Notes under the pieces: generated by a model
The model's input: the letters and a program-made list of their open reading frames with translations, nothing else
The model's database searches: none
What the model was told of the DNA's origin: nothing
Made by a program: the position numbers and the translations under genes
Shown here: positions 49,783 to 62,790 of the stretch, piece after piece
Numbering within the stretch: the first letter of the stretch is position 1
Layout of the letters: every line of letters begins with the position of its first letter
Source of the DNA: Oikopleura dioica
Taxonomy: Eukaryota > Animalia > Chordata
Assembly (NCBI GenBank): GCA_907165135.1
Contig: CAJRAX010000010.1
Location: 1-64,000, forward strand
Direction: 5' to 3'
DNA: 64,000 nucleotides

Positions 49783-52694
49783 GTAAATTATCTGAAAACG
49801 CAAAAAAACGCATCAGAATTTCTATTAATTTTTTTTTTTATTTTAATGAACTGTAAATCATCTGAAATTGCCAAAAAACGCATCAGAATTTTTCTTAATT
49901 TTTTTCGATTTTTCTGAACTGTAAATACTCTGAAAACGCCAAAAAACGCATCAGAATTTTTCTTAATTTTTTTTTATATTTTTATGAACTGTAAATCATC
50001 TGAAAACGCCAAAAAACGCATCAGAATTTTTATTAATTTTTTTTTATATTTTTATAAACTGTAAATTATCTGAAAACGCCAAAAAATGCATCAGAATTTT
50101 TTTTTTTTTGTTATTTTAATGAACTGTTAATCATCTGAAAACGCCAAAAACGCATCAGATTTTTTATTAATTTTTTTTTTTATTTTTATGAACTGTAAAT
50201 CATCTAAAAACGCCAAAAAACGCATCAGAATTTTTATTAATTTTTTTTTTCGATTTTTTTGAACTGTAAATTATCTGAAAACGCAAAAAAACGCATCAGA
50301 ATTTTTATTAATTTTTTTTTTTATTTTTATGAACTGTAAATCATCTGAAAACGCCAAAAAATCCATCAGAATTTTTATTTATTTTTTTTTATTATTTTTA
50401 TGAACTGTAAATCATCTGAAAACGCCAAAAAACGCATCAGAGTTTTTTTTTATTTTTATGAACTGTAAATCATCTGAAAACGCCAAAAAACGCATCAGAA
50501 TTTTTTTTTATTTTTTTTCGATTTTTTTGAACTGTAAATTATCTGAAAACGCCAAAAAACGAATCAGAATTCTTTTTAATTTTTTTTTTATTTTTATGAA
50601 CTATAAATCATCTGAAAACGCCAAAAAACGCATTTGAATTTTTTTTAATTTTTTTTATATTTTTTTGTACTGTAAATTATCTGAAAACGCCAAAAAACGC
50701 ATCAGAATTTTTTTTATTTTTTTTCGATTTTTTTGAACTGTAAATTATCTGAAAACGCCAAAAAACGCATCAGAATTCTTTTTAATTTTTTTTATATTTT
50801 TTTGTACTGTAAATTATCTGAAAACGCAAAAAAACGCATCAGAATTTTTATTAATTTTTTTTTATATTTTTATGAACTGTAAATCATCTGAAAACGCCAA
50901 AAAATCCATCAGAATTTTTATTTATTTTTTTTTATTATTTTTATGAACTGTAAATCATCTGAAAACGCAAAAAAACGCATCAGAGTTTTTTTTTATTTTT
51001 TTTTATTTTTATGAACTGTAAATCATCTGAAAACGCCAAAAAACGCATCAAAGTTTTTTTTTATTTTTTTTTATTTTTATGAACTGTAAATCATCTGAAA
51101 ACGCCAAAAAACGCATCAGAGTTTTTTTTTATTTTTTTATTTTTATGAACTGTAAATCATCTGAAAACGCCAAAAAACGCATCAGAGTTTTTTTTTATTT
51201 TTTTTTATTTTTATGAACTGTAAATCATCTGAAAACGCCAAAAAACGCATCAGAGTTTTTTTTTATTTTTTTATTTTTATGAACTGTAAATCATCTGAAA
51301 ACGCCAAAAAACGCATCAGAGTTTTTTTTTTTTTTTTTATTTTTATGAACTGTAAATCATCTGAAAACGCCAAAAACGCATCAGAGTTTTTTTATTTTTT
51401 TATTTTTATGAACTGTAAATCATCTGAAAACGCCAAAAAACGCATCAGAATTTTTTTATTTTTTTCGATTTTTTGAACTGTAAATTATCTGAAAACGCCA
51501 AAAAACGCATCAGAATTCTTTTTAATTTTTTTTTTATTTTTATGAACTATAAATCATCTGAAAACGCCAAAAAACGCATCAGAATTTTTTTTAATTTTTT
51601 TTATATTTTTTTGTACTGTAAATTATCTGAAAACGCAAAAAAACCCATCAGAATTTTTATTAATTTTTTTTTTTATTTTTATGAACTGTCAATCATCTGA
51701 AAACGCCAAAAAATCCATCAGAATTTTTCTTAATCTTTTTTTTTATTTTTATGAATTGTTAATCATCTGAAAACGCCAAAAAACGCATCAGAATTTCCTT
51801 AATTTTTTTCGATTTTTTTGAACTATAAATTATCTGAAAACGCAAAAAAACGCATCAGAATTTTTATTAATTTTTTTTTTTATTTTTATGAACTGTAAAT
51901 CATCTGAAAACGCCAAAAAATCCATCAGAATTTTTATCTATTTTTTTTTATTATTTTTATGAACTGTAAATCATCTGAAAACGCCAAAAAACGCATCAGA
52001 GTTTTTTTTTATTATTTTTCGATTTTTTTGAACTGTAAATTATCTGAAAACGCCAAAAACGCATCAGAATTCTTTTTTATTTTTTTATTTTTATGAACTA
52101 TAAATCATCTGAAAACGCCAAAAACGCATCAGAATTTCCTTAATTTTTTCGATTTTTTGAACTGTAAATTATCTGAAAACGCAAAAACGCATCAGAATTT
52201 TTATTAATTTTTTATTTTTATAAACTGTAAATCATCTGAAAACGCCAAAAATCCATCAGAATTTTAATTAATTTTTTATTTTTATGAACTGTAAATCATC
52301 TGAAAACGCCAAAAACGCATCAGAATTTTTTTATTTTTTTTATTTTTATGAAATGTAAATCATCTGAAAACGCAAAAAAACGCATCAGAATTTTTTTTTT
52401 TTTTATTTTTATGAACTGTTAATCATCTGGAAACGCCAAAAAACGCATCAGAATTTTTTTTTATTTTTTTTTTCATTTTTATGAACTGTAAATCATCTGA
52501 AAACGCCAAAATACGCATCAGAATTTTTATTCATTTTTTTATTTTTATGAACTGTAAATCATCTGAAAACGCCAAAAAACGCATCAGAATTTTTTTTATT
52601 TTTTTTTCATTTTTATGAACTGTAAATCATCTGAAAACGCCAAAATACGCATCAGAATTTTTATTCATTTTTTTTTATTTTTATGAACTGTAAA
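49783..52694 (+). repeat. Tandem satellite array
   Basis: Same monomer. Confidence 0.99.
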
Positions 52695-54016
52695 TGATAC
52701 AATAGTCAAGAAATAAAGAGAAAAAAAAAATCAAATTTTATGTCACGGGCGAAATAAGCTCAGTCTAAGTCTAAAGATACTGCCCAATATTCACAAATAC
52801 TTCAAAAAGATGGCGTTGAAAATCCGCCCAAATCTTCTCCTCACGGTCAAACAAAAATCATTCACTAGTAAAAGATCTGTTTGCGCTCATATGTTGATCA
52901 GTGCTAGAACCACTATCAACCTCTATGATTAGCGAGCGATCGCTTTGGTTCTCTGGAAAATGCTCTCATCATAATCAACCGGTTCGGGGTAAAAACTAAG
53001 CGGCAAAGTCTAGGTTATTATTGCACGTACGCGTGTGGATTGTCACAACTGTACTACTTATTATTTCTTCAGCTTTCGCTTATCTGGCCGCTTGAGCCCC
53101 ACGCATGAAACTCATTTATCAATCATTAATTTATTCTCAAAGAAAAAAATCAAAATTCTTTAAATTTATTGCATGCGGAATTACGTGAAATTCGACTTAA
53201 ATTCTTATTGTTAAATTGAACTTTATCATCTAGTTCTTGTTCTAAACTGATTCTGAAATCAACGAGGATAATTCAATTGCTGCGGACAATTACGGGTTCT
53301 ACCGCCCCGTCTTCTCTTCTACCATTTTCGCCGACTTCAGATGGCACTCCTTGGGCGACTGTGCAGATACGGGAGACCTGAGCGGTTCCTTATCTCCGAT
53401 GAGGCTTGACGCCAAGTATCGAGTTAAGAGAAACGCGTCAGTAACTGCCGCTAGGTGAGCCGAAGTTATATAATATTTTCTGTAATTTAACATTTTATTT
53501 AACTGTAATTTTACTTGTTTTTTTTAACGCTTAATTATATTAATTATAACTGGCCGATAATTATTATAATTTATTTAAATTACTTCTATCTGTATTTTTT
53601 TATGTGTTTCTTACTCTTTTCTATATCCTGGAATCTACAATCTGCGCAAAACGCAACTTCAACCCTTCACATGTTCGCCAAAATGATGAATAAAAATGCT
53701 GCGAGAACCCGGCTCCGGCGCAAGAAAAATGTTCTGAAAAGAACGCCAAAAACATTCAACCGGATGAACTTTTGCGAACCAGTCTATTTTTATTGTTTTT
53801 ATTATAACGCTTTGTTTTGCGCGCCTTTGTCAAAATTTGTTTACGAATTGCACCTGCGCATTTTGGATGCATTTCGCTCACCGCCAAAAAATAGTCAGAC
53901 TTCCAATAAACCAAAAACAGCGAAAAGCTTTTATTTTTTTCGCGAATTTCTTGCAGGAAAATTTAATTAGGTTTAGAATTTTTTAATTGCAATCAACGAA
54001 GAAAACGCTGGTATCA
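52695..54016 (+). mobile_element. Solo LTR, family D (1322 bp), TSD GTAAA
   Basis: TGATAC...GTATCA termini; GTAAA at 52690-52694 and 54017-54021; shares a 17-nt box with LTR B. Confidence 0.92.
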
Positions 54017-57000
54017 GTAAATCATCTGAAAACGCCAAAAAACGCATCAGAATTTTTTTTTTAATTTTTTTTTTATTTCGATGAATTGTAAATCATCTTG
54101 AAACGCCAAAAAACGCATCAGAATTTTTCTTAATTTTTTCGTTTATTTTTATGAACTGTAAATCAAATGAAAACGTCAAAAAACTTATCAGAATTTTTCT
54201 TAATTTTTTTTATATTTTTAAGAACTGTAAACCATCTGAAAACGCCAAAAAACGCATCAGAATTTATATTTATTTTTTTTCTATTTTTATGAACTGTAAA
54301 TCATCTGAAAACGCAAAAAACGCAACAGAATTTATATTTATTTTTTTTTATTTTTATGAACTGTAAATCATTTAAAAACGCCAAAAAACGCATCAGAATT
54401 TTTCTTAATTTTTTTCGATTTTTTGAACTGTAAATTATCTGAAAACGCCAAAAACGCATCAGAATTTTTTAATTTTTTATTTTTTGAACTGTAAATTATC
54501 TGAAAACGCCAAAAACGCATCAGACTTTCTATTTATTTTTTTATTTTTATGAACTGTAAATCATCTGAAAACGCCAAAAACGCATCAGAATTTTTTTATT
54601 TTTTTCATTTTTATGAACTGTAAATTATCTGAAAACGCCAAAAACGCATCAGAATTTTTTTAATTTTTTATTTTTATGAACTGTTAATCATCTGAAAACG
54701 CAAAACGACGCATCAGAATTTTTTATTTTTATTTCATTTTTATGAAATGTAAATCATCTGAAAACGCCAAAAACGCATCAGAATTTTTTTATTTTTTTCA
54801 TTTTTATGAACTGTAAATCATCTGAAAACGCCAAAAACGCATCAGAATTTTTCTTAATTTTTTTCGATTTTTTTGAACTGGAAATTATCTGAAAACGCCA
54901 AAAAATGCATCAGAATTTTTATTATTTTTTTTTGATTTTTATGAACTGTAAATCATCTAAAAACGCAAAAAACGCAACAGAATTTATATTTATTTTTTTT
55001 TATTTTTATGAACTGTAAATCATTTAAAAACGCCAAAAAACGCATCAGAATTTTTCTTAATTTTTTCGATTTTTTGAACTGTAAATTATCTGAAAACGCC
55101 AAAAACGCATCAGAATTTTTTTAATTTTTTATTTTTTGAACTGTAAATTATCTGAAAACGCCAAAAAACGCATCAGACTTTCTATTTTTTTTTTTATTTT
55201 TATGAACTGTAAATCATCTGAAAACGCCAAAAAACGCATCAGAATTTTTTTTATTTTTTTTTTCATTTTTATGAACTGTAAATTATCTGAAAACGCCAAA
55301 AAACGCATCAGAATTTTTTTTAATTTTTTTTTTATTTTTATGAACTGTTAATCATCTGAAAACGCAAAACGACGCATCAGAATTTTTTTATTTTTATTTC
55401 ATTTTTATGAAATGTAAATCATCTGAAAACGCCAAAAAACGCATCAGAATTTTTTTTTATTTTTTTTTTTCATTTTTATGAACTGTAAATCATCTGAAAA
55501 CGCCAAAAAACGCATCAGAATTTTTCTTAATTTTTTTCGATTTTTTTGAACTGGAAATTATCTGAAAACGCCAAAAAATGCATCAGAATTTTTATTATTT
55601 TTTTGATTTTTATGAACTGTTAATTATCTGAAAACGCCAAAAACGCATCAGAATTTTTTAATTTTTTTTTAATGAACTGTTAATCATCTGAAAACGCCAA
55701 AAACGCATCAGAATTTTTCTTAATTTTTTCGATTTTTTGAACTGTAAATTATCTGAAAACGCCAAAAACGCATCAGAATTTTTTTAATTTTTTATTTTTA
55801 TGAACTGTAAATTATCTGAAAACGCCAAAAAACGAATCAGAATTTTTCTCAATTTTTTTTTTTATTTTTATGAATTGTAAATTATCTGAAAACGCCAAAA
55901 AACGCATCAGAATTTTTATTAATTTTTTTTTTATTTTTATGAACTGTAAACCATCTGAAAACGCCAAAAACGCATCAGAATTTTTCTTAATTTTTTATAT
56001 TTTTATGAACTGTAAATCATCTGAAAACGCCAAAAAACGCATCAGAATTTTTATTTATTTATTTTTTATTTTTATGAACTGTAAATCATCTTAAAACGCA
56101 AAAAACGCATCAGAATTTATCTTTATTTTTTTTTTATTTTTATGAACTGTTAATCATCTAAAAACGCCAAAAAACGCATAAGAATTTTTCTTAATTTTTT
56201 ACGATTTTTTGAACTGTAAATTATCTGAAAACGCCAAAAAACACATAAGAATTTTTTTTAATTTTTTTTTATTTTTTTGAACTGTAAATTATCTAAAAAC
56301 GCCAAAAAACGCATCAGAATTTCTATTAATTTTTTTTTTTATTTTTATGAACTGTAAATCATCTGAAAACGCCAAAAAACGCATCAGAATTTCCTTAATT
56401 TTTTTCGATTTTTTTGAACTGTAAATTATCTGAAAACGCAAAAAAACGCATCAGAATTTTTATTAATTTTTTTTTTTTATTTTTATGAACTGTAAATCAT
56501 CTGAAAACGCCAAAAAATCCATCAGAATTTTTACCTTTTTTTTTATTATTTTTATGAACTGTAAATCATCTGAAAACGCCAAAAAACGCATCAGAGTTTT
56601 TTTTTATTATTTTTCGATTTTTTTGAACTGTAAATTATCTGAAAACGCCAAAAAACGCATCAGAATTCTTTTTTATTTTTTTTTATTTTTATGAACTATA
56701 AATCATCTGAAAACGCCAAAAACGCATCAGAATTTCCTTAATTTTTTCGATTTTTTGAACTGTAAATTATCTGAAAACGCAAAAACGCATCAGAATTTTT
56801 ATTAATTTTTTTTTATTTTTATAAACTGTAAATCATCTAAAACGCCAAAAATCCATCAGAATTTTAATTAATTTTTTATTTTTATGAACTGTAAATCATC
56901 TGAAAACGCCAAAAACGCATCAGAATTTTTTTATTTTTTTATTTTTATGAAATGTAAATCATCTGAAAACGCAAAAACGCATCAGAATTTTTCTTTTTTT

Positions 57001-60000
57001 TATTTTTATGAACTGTTAATCATCTGGAAACGCCAAAAAACGCATCAGAATTTTTTTTTATTATTTTTTTCATTTTTATGAACTGTAAATCATCTGAAAA
57101 CGCCAAAATACGCATCAGAATTTTTATTCATTTTTTTATTTTTATGAACTGTAAATCATGTGAAAACGCCAAAAACGCATCAGAATTTTTTTATTTTTTT
57201 ATTTTTATGAACTGTAAATCATCTGAAAACGCCAAAATACGCATCAGAATTTTTATTCATTTTTTTATTTTTATGAACTGTAAATCATCTGAAAACGCCA
57301 AAAACGCATCAGAATTTTTTTAATTTTTTTTTTATTTCGATGAATTGTAAATCATCTTGAAACGCCAAAAACGCATCAGAATTTTTCTTAATTTTTCGTT
57401 TATTTTTATGAACTGTAAATCAAATGAAAACGTCAAAAACTTATCAGAATTTTTCTTAATTTTTTTTATATTTTTAAGAACTGTAAACCATCTGAAAACG
57501 CCAAAAACGCATCAGAATTTATATTTATTTTTTTTCTATTTTTATGAACTGTAAATCATCTGAAAACGCAAAAAACGCATCAGAATTTTTAATTATTTTT
57601 TTTTTTATTTTTATGAACTGTAAATCATCTGAAAACGCAAAAAACGCATCAGAATTTATATTTATTTTTTTATTTTTATGAACTGTTAATCATTTAAAAA
57701 CGCCAAAAACGCATCAGAATTTTTCTTAATTTTTTCGATTTTTTTGAACTGTAAATTATCTGAAAACGCCAAAAACGCATCAGAATTTTTTTAATTTTTT
57801 TTATTTTTTGAACTGTAAATTATCTGAAAACGCCAAAAACGCATCAGACTTTCTATTAATTTTTTTATTTTTATGAACTGTAAATCATCTGAAAACGCCA
57901 AAAACGCATCAGAATTTTTTTATTTTTTTCATTTTTATGAACTGTAAATTATCTGAAAACGCCAAAAAACGCATCAGAATTTTTTTTAATTTTTTTTTTA
58001 TTTTTATGAACTGTTAATCATCTGAAAACGCAAAACGACGCATCAGAATTTCTTTATTTTTATTTCATTTTTATGAACTGTAAATCATCTGAAAACGCCA
58101 AAAAACGCATCAGAATTTTTCTTAATTTTTTTCGATTTTTTTGAACTGGAAATTATCTGAAAACGCCAAAAAATGCATCAGAATTTTTATTATTTTTTTT
58201 TTGATTTTTATGAACTGTTAATTATCTGAAAACGCCAAAAACGCATCAGAATTTTTTTAATTTTTTTTTATGAACTGTTAATCATCTGAAAACGCCAAAA
58301 ACGCATCAGAATTTTTCTTAATTTTTTCGATTTTTTGAACTGTAAATTATCTGAAAACGCCAAAAACGCATCAGAATTTTTTTAATTTTTTTATTTTTAT
58401 GAACTGTAAATTATCTGAAAACGCCAAAAACGAATCAGAATTTTTCTCAATTTTTTTTATTTTTATGAATTGTAAATTATCTGAAAACGCCAAAAACGCA
58501 TCAGAATTTTTATTAATTTTTTTATTTTTATGAACTGTAAACCATCTGAAAACGCCAAAAACGCATCAGAATTTTTCTTAATTTTTTTATTTTTTATGAA
58601 CTGTAAATCATCTGAAAACGCCAAAAAACGCATCAGAATTTTTATTTATTTATTTTTTATTTTTATGAACTGTAAATCATCTTAAAACGCAAAAAACGCA
58701 TCAGAATTTATCTTTATTTTTTTTTTATTTTTATGAACTGTTAATCATCTAAAAACGCCAAAAACGCATAAGAATTTTTCTTAATTTTTACGATTTTTTG
58801 AACTGTAAATTATCTGAAAACGCCAAAAACACATCAGAATTTTTTTAATTTTTTTTATTTTTTGAACTGTAAATTATCTAAAAACGCCAAAAACGCATCA
58901 GAATTTCTATTAATTTTTTTATTTTTATGAACTGTAAATCATCTGAAAACGCCAAAAAACGCATCAGAATTTTTTTTTCATTTTTATGAACTGTAAATCG
59001 TCTAAAAACGCGAAAAAACGCATCAGAATAATTTTGCAATTTTCATGAACTAAACATCGTCTAAAAACGCGAAAAAACGCATCAGATTATCTTCTTGATT
59101 TTTATGAACTAAACATCGTCTAAAAACGCGAAAAAACGAATCAGAATATTTTCGCGATTTTTATGAACTAAACATCTTCTAAAAACGCGCATCAGAATGT
59201 TTTCTCGATTTTTATGAACTAAACATCGTCTCAAAACGCGAAAAAAACGCATCAGAATATTTTCGCAATTTTAATTAACTAAACATCGTCTAAAAACGCG
59301 AAAAAACGCATCAGAATATTTTCGCGATTTTGATGAACTAAACATCGTCTAAAAACGCAAAAAACGCATAAGAAAGTTTTCTTGATTTTTATGAACTTAA
59401 CATCGTCTAAAAACGCGAAAAAACCTATCAGAATATCTTCGCGATTTCTATGAATTAAACATCGTCTAAAAACGCAAAAAAAACGCATCAGAATATTTTT
59501 TTGATTTTTATGAAATAAATATCGTCTAAAAACGCGTAATAACGCATCAGACTTTCTATTAATTTTTTTTTTTATTTTTATGAACTGTAAATCATCTGAA
59601 AACGCCAAAAAACGCATCAGAATTTTTTTTATTTTTTTTTTCATTTTTATGAACTGTAAATTATCTGAAAACGCCAAAAAACGCATCAGAATTTTTTAAT
59701 TTTTTTTTTATTTTTATGAACTGTTAATCATCTGAAAACGCAAAACGACGCATCAGAATTTCTTTATTTTTATTTCATTTTTATGAACTGTAAATCATCT
59801 GAAAACGCCAAAAAACGCATCAGAATTTTTCTTAATTTTTTCGATTTTTGAACTGGAAATTATCTGAAAACGCCAAAAATGCATCAGAATTTTTATTATT
59901 TTTTTGATTTTTATGAACTGTTAATTATCTGAAAACGCCAAAAACGCATCAGAATTTTTTTAATTTTTTTATGAACTGTTAATCATCTGAAAACGCCAAA

Positions 60001-61521
60001 AAACGCATCAGAATTTTTCTTAATTTTTTCGATTTTGAACTGTAAATTATCTGAAAACGCCAAAAACGCATCAGAATTTTTTAATTTTTTATTTTTATGA
60101 ACTGTAAATTATCTGAAAACGCCAAAAAACGAATCAGAATTTTTCTCAATTTTTTTTTTTTATTTTTATGAATTGTAAATTATCTGAAAACGCCAAAAAA
60201 CGCATCAGAATTTTTATTAATTTTTTATTTTTATGAACTGTAAACCATCTGAAAACGCCAAAAAACGCATCAGAATTTTTCTTAATTTTTTATTTTTATG
60301 AACTGTAAATCATCTGAAAACGCCAAAAAACGCATCAGAATTTTTATTTATTTATTTTTATTTTTATGAACTGTAAATCATCTTAAAACGCCAAAAAACG
60401 CATCAGAATTTTTTTTTATTTTTTTTTTATTTTTATGAACTGTTAATCATCTAAAAACGCCAAAAAACGCATAAGAATTTTTCTTAATTTTTTACGATTT
60501 TTTGAACTGTAAATTATCTGAAAACGCCAAAAAACACATCAGAATTTTTTTCAATTTTTTTTTTTATTTTTTTGAACTGTAAATTATCTAAAAACGCCAA
60601 AAAACGCATCAGAATTTCTATTAATTTTTTTTTTATTTTTATGAACTGTAAATCATCTGAAAACGCCAAAAAACGCATCAGAATTTTTTTTTTTTTTTTC
60701 ATTTTTATGAACTGTTAATCATCTGAAAACGCAAAACGACGCATCAGAATTTCTTTATTTTTATTTCATTTTTATGAACTGTAAATCATCTGAAAACGCC
60801 AAAAACGCATCAGAATTTTTCTTATATTTTTTTCGATTTTTTTGAACTGGAAATTATCTGAAAACGCCAAAAAATGCATCAGAATTTTTATTATTTTTTT
60901 TTTGATTTTTATGAACTGTTAATTATCTGAAAACGCCAAAAACGCATCAGAATTTTTTAATTTTTTTATGAACTGTTAATCATCTGAAAACGCCAAAAAC
61001 GCATCAGAATTTTCTTAATTTTTTCGATTTTTTGAACTGTAAATTATCTGAAAACGCCAAAAACGCATCAGAATTTTTTAATTTTTTTATTTTTATGAAC
61101 TGTAAATTATCTGAAAACGCCAAAAAACGAATCAGAATTTTTCTCAATTTTTTTTATTTTTATGAATTGTAAATTATCTGAAAACGCCAAAAAACGCATC
61201 AGAATTTTTATTAATTTTTTTTTTATTTTTATGAACTGTAAACCATCTGAAAACGCCAAAAAACGCATCAGAATTTTTCTTAATTTTTTTTTATATTTTT
61301 ATGAACTGTAAATCATCTGAAAACGCCAAAAAACGCATCAGAATTTTTATTTATTTATTTTTTATTTTTATGAACTGTAAATCATCTTAAAACGCAAAAA
61401 ACGCATCAGAATTTATCTTTATTTTTTTTTTATTTTTATGAACTGTTAATCATCTAAAAACGCCAAAAAACGCATAAGAATTTTTCTTAATTTTTTACGA
61501 TTTTTTGAACTGTAAATTATC
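54017..61521 (+). repeat. Tandem satellite array, forward orientation, with higher-order repetition
   Basis: Same monomer; diagnostic variants recur in the same order. Confidence 0.98.
58986..59545 (+). repeat. Divergent ~59-bp satellite subfamily block (~10 monomers)
   Basis: ATGAACTAAACATCGTCTAAAAACGCGAAAAAACGCATCAGAATATTTTCGCGATTTTT; monomer starts at 58986, 59045, 59104 and 59163. Confidence 0.9.
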
Positions 61522-61524
61522 AGC

Positions 61525-62222
61525 GTTCATAAAAATAAAAAATAAATAAATAAAAATTCTGATGCGTTTTTTGGCGTTTTCAGATGATTTACAGTTCATA
61601 AAAATAAAAAATTAAGAAAAATTCTGATGCTTTTTTTGGCGTTTTCAGATGGTTTACAGTTCATAAAAATAAAAAATTAATAAAAATTTGATGCGTTTTT
61701 TGGCGTTTTCAGATAATTTACAATTCATAAAAATAAAAAAAAAAAATTGAGAAAAATTCTGATTCGTTTTTTGGCGTTTTCAGATAATTTACAGTTCATA
61801 AAAATAAAAAAAAAATTAAAAAAAATTCTGATGCGTTTTTTGGCGTTTTCAGATAATTTACAGTTCAAAAAAATCGAAAAAAATTAAGAAAAATTCTGAT
61901 GCGTTTTTTGGCGTTTTCAGATGATTAACAGTTCATAAAAAAAAAAAATTAAAAAAAATTCTGATGCGTTTTTTGGCGTTTTCAGATAATTAACAGTTCA
62001 TAAAAATCAAAAAAAAAATAATAAAAATTCTGATGCATTTTTTGGCGTTTTCAGATAATTTCCAGTTCAAAAAAATCGAAAAAAATTAAGAAAAATTCTG
62101 ATGCGTTTTTTGGCGTTTTCAGATGATTTACAGTTCATAAAAATGAAATAAAAATAAAGAAATTCTGATGCGTCGTTTTGCGTTTTCAGATGATTAACAG
62201 TTCATAAAAATAAAAAAAAAAT
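61525..62222 (-). repeat. Satellite block in inverted orientation
   Basis: Reverse-complement monomers (TTCTGATGCGTTTTTTGGCGTTTTCAGATGATTTACAGTTCAT). Confidence 0.97.
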
Positions 62223-62224
62223 TA

Positions 62225-62787
62225 ATTTTTTTTTATTATTTTTCGATTTTTTTGAACTGTAAATTATCTGAAAACGCCAAAAAACGCATCAGAATTCTTT
62301 TTTATTTTTTTTTTTATTTTTATGAACTATAAATCATCTGAAAACGCCAAAAAACGCATCAGAATTTCCTTAATTTTTTTCGATTTTTTTGAACTGTAAA
62401 TTATCTGAAAACGCAAAAAAACGCATCAGAATTTTTATTAATTTTTTTTTATTTTTATAAACTGTAAATCATCTGAAAACGCCAAAAAATCCATCAGAAT
62501 TTTAATTAATTTTTTTTTTATTTTTATGAACTGTAAATCATCTGAAAACGCCAAAAACGCATCAGAATTTTTTTATTTTTTTATTTTTATGAAATGTAAA
62601 TCATCTGAAAACGCAAAAAAACGCATCAGAATTTTCTTTTTTTATTTTTATGAACTGTTAATCATCTGGAAACGTTAAAAACGCATCAGAATTTTTTTAT
62701 TTTTTTCATTTTTATGAACTGTAAATCATCTGAAAACGCCAAAATACGCATCAGAATTTTTATTCATTTTTTTTTTATTTTTATGAA
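62225..62787 (+). repeat. Satellite block in forward orientation between two inverted blocks
   Basis: Forward monomers. Confidence 0.95.
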
Positions 62788-62790
62788 TTA

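Noticed and set aside
5901-60702. Many short ORFs of the MNCKSSENAKKRIRIF / MRFLAFSDDLQFIK type
   Set aside because: Translations of satellite monomers; frame depends on homopolymer length; no coding signal
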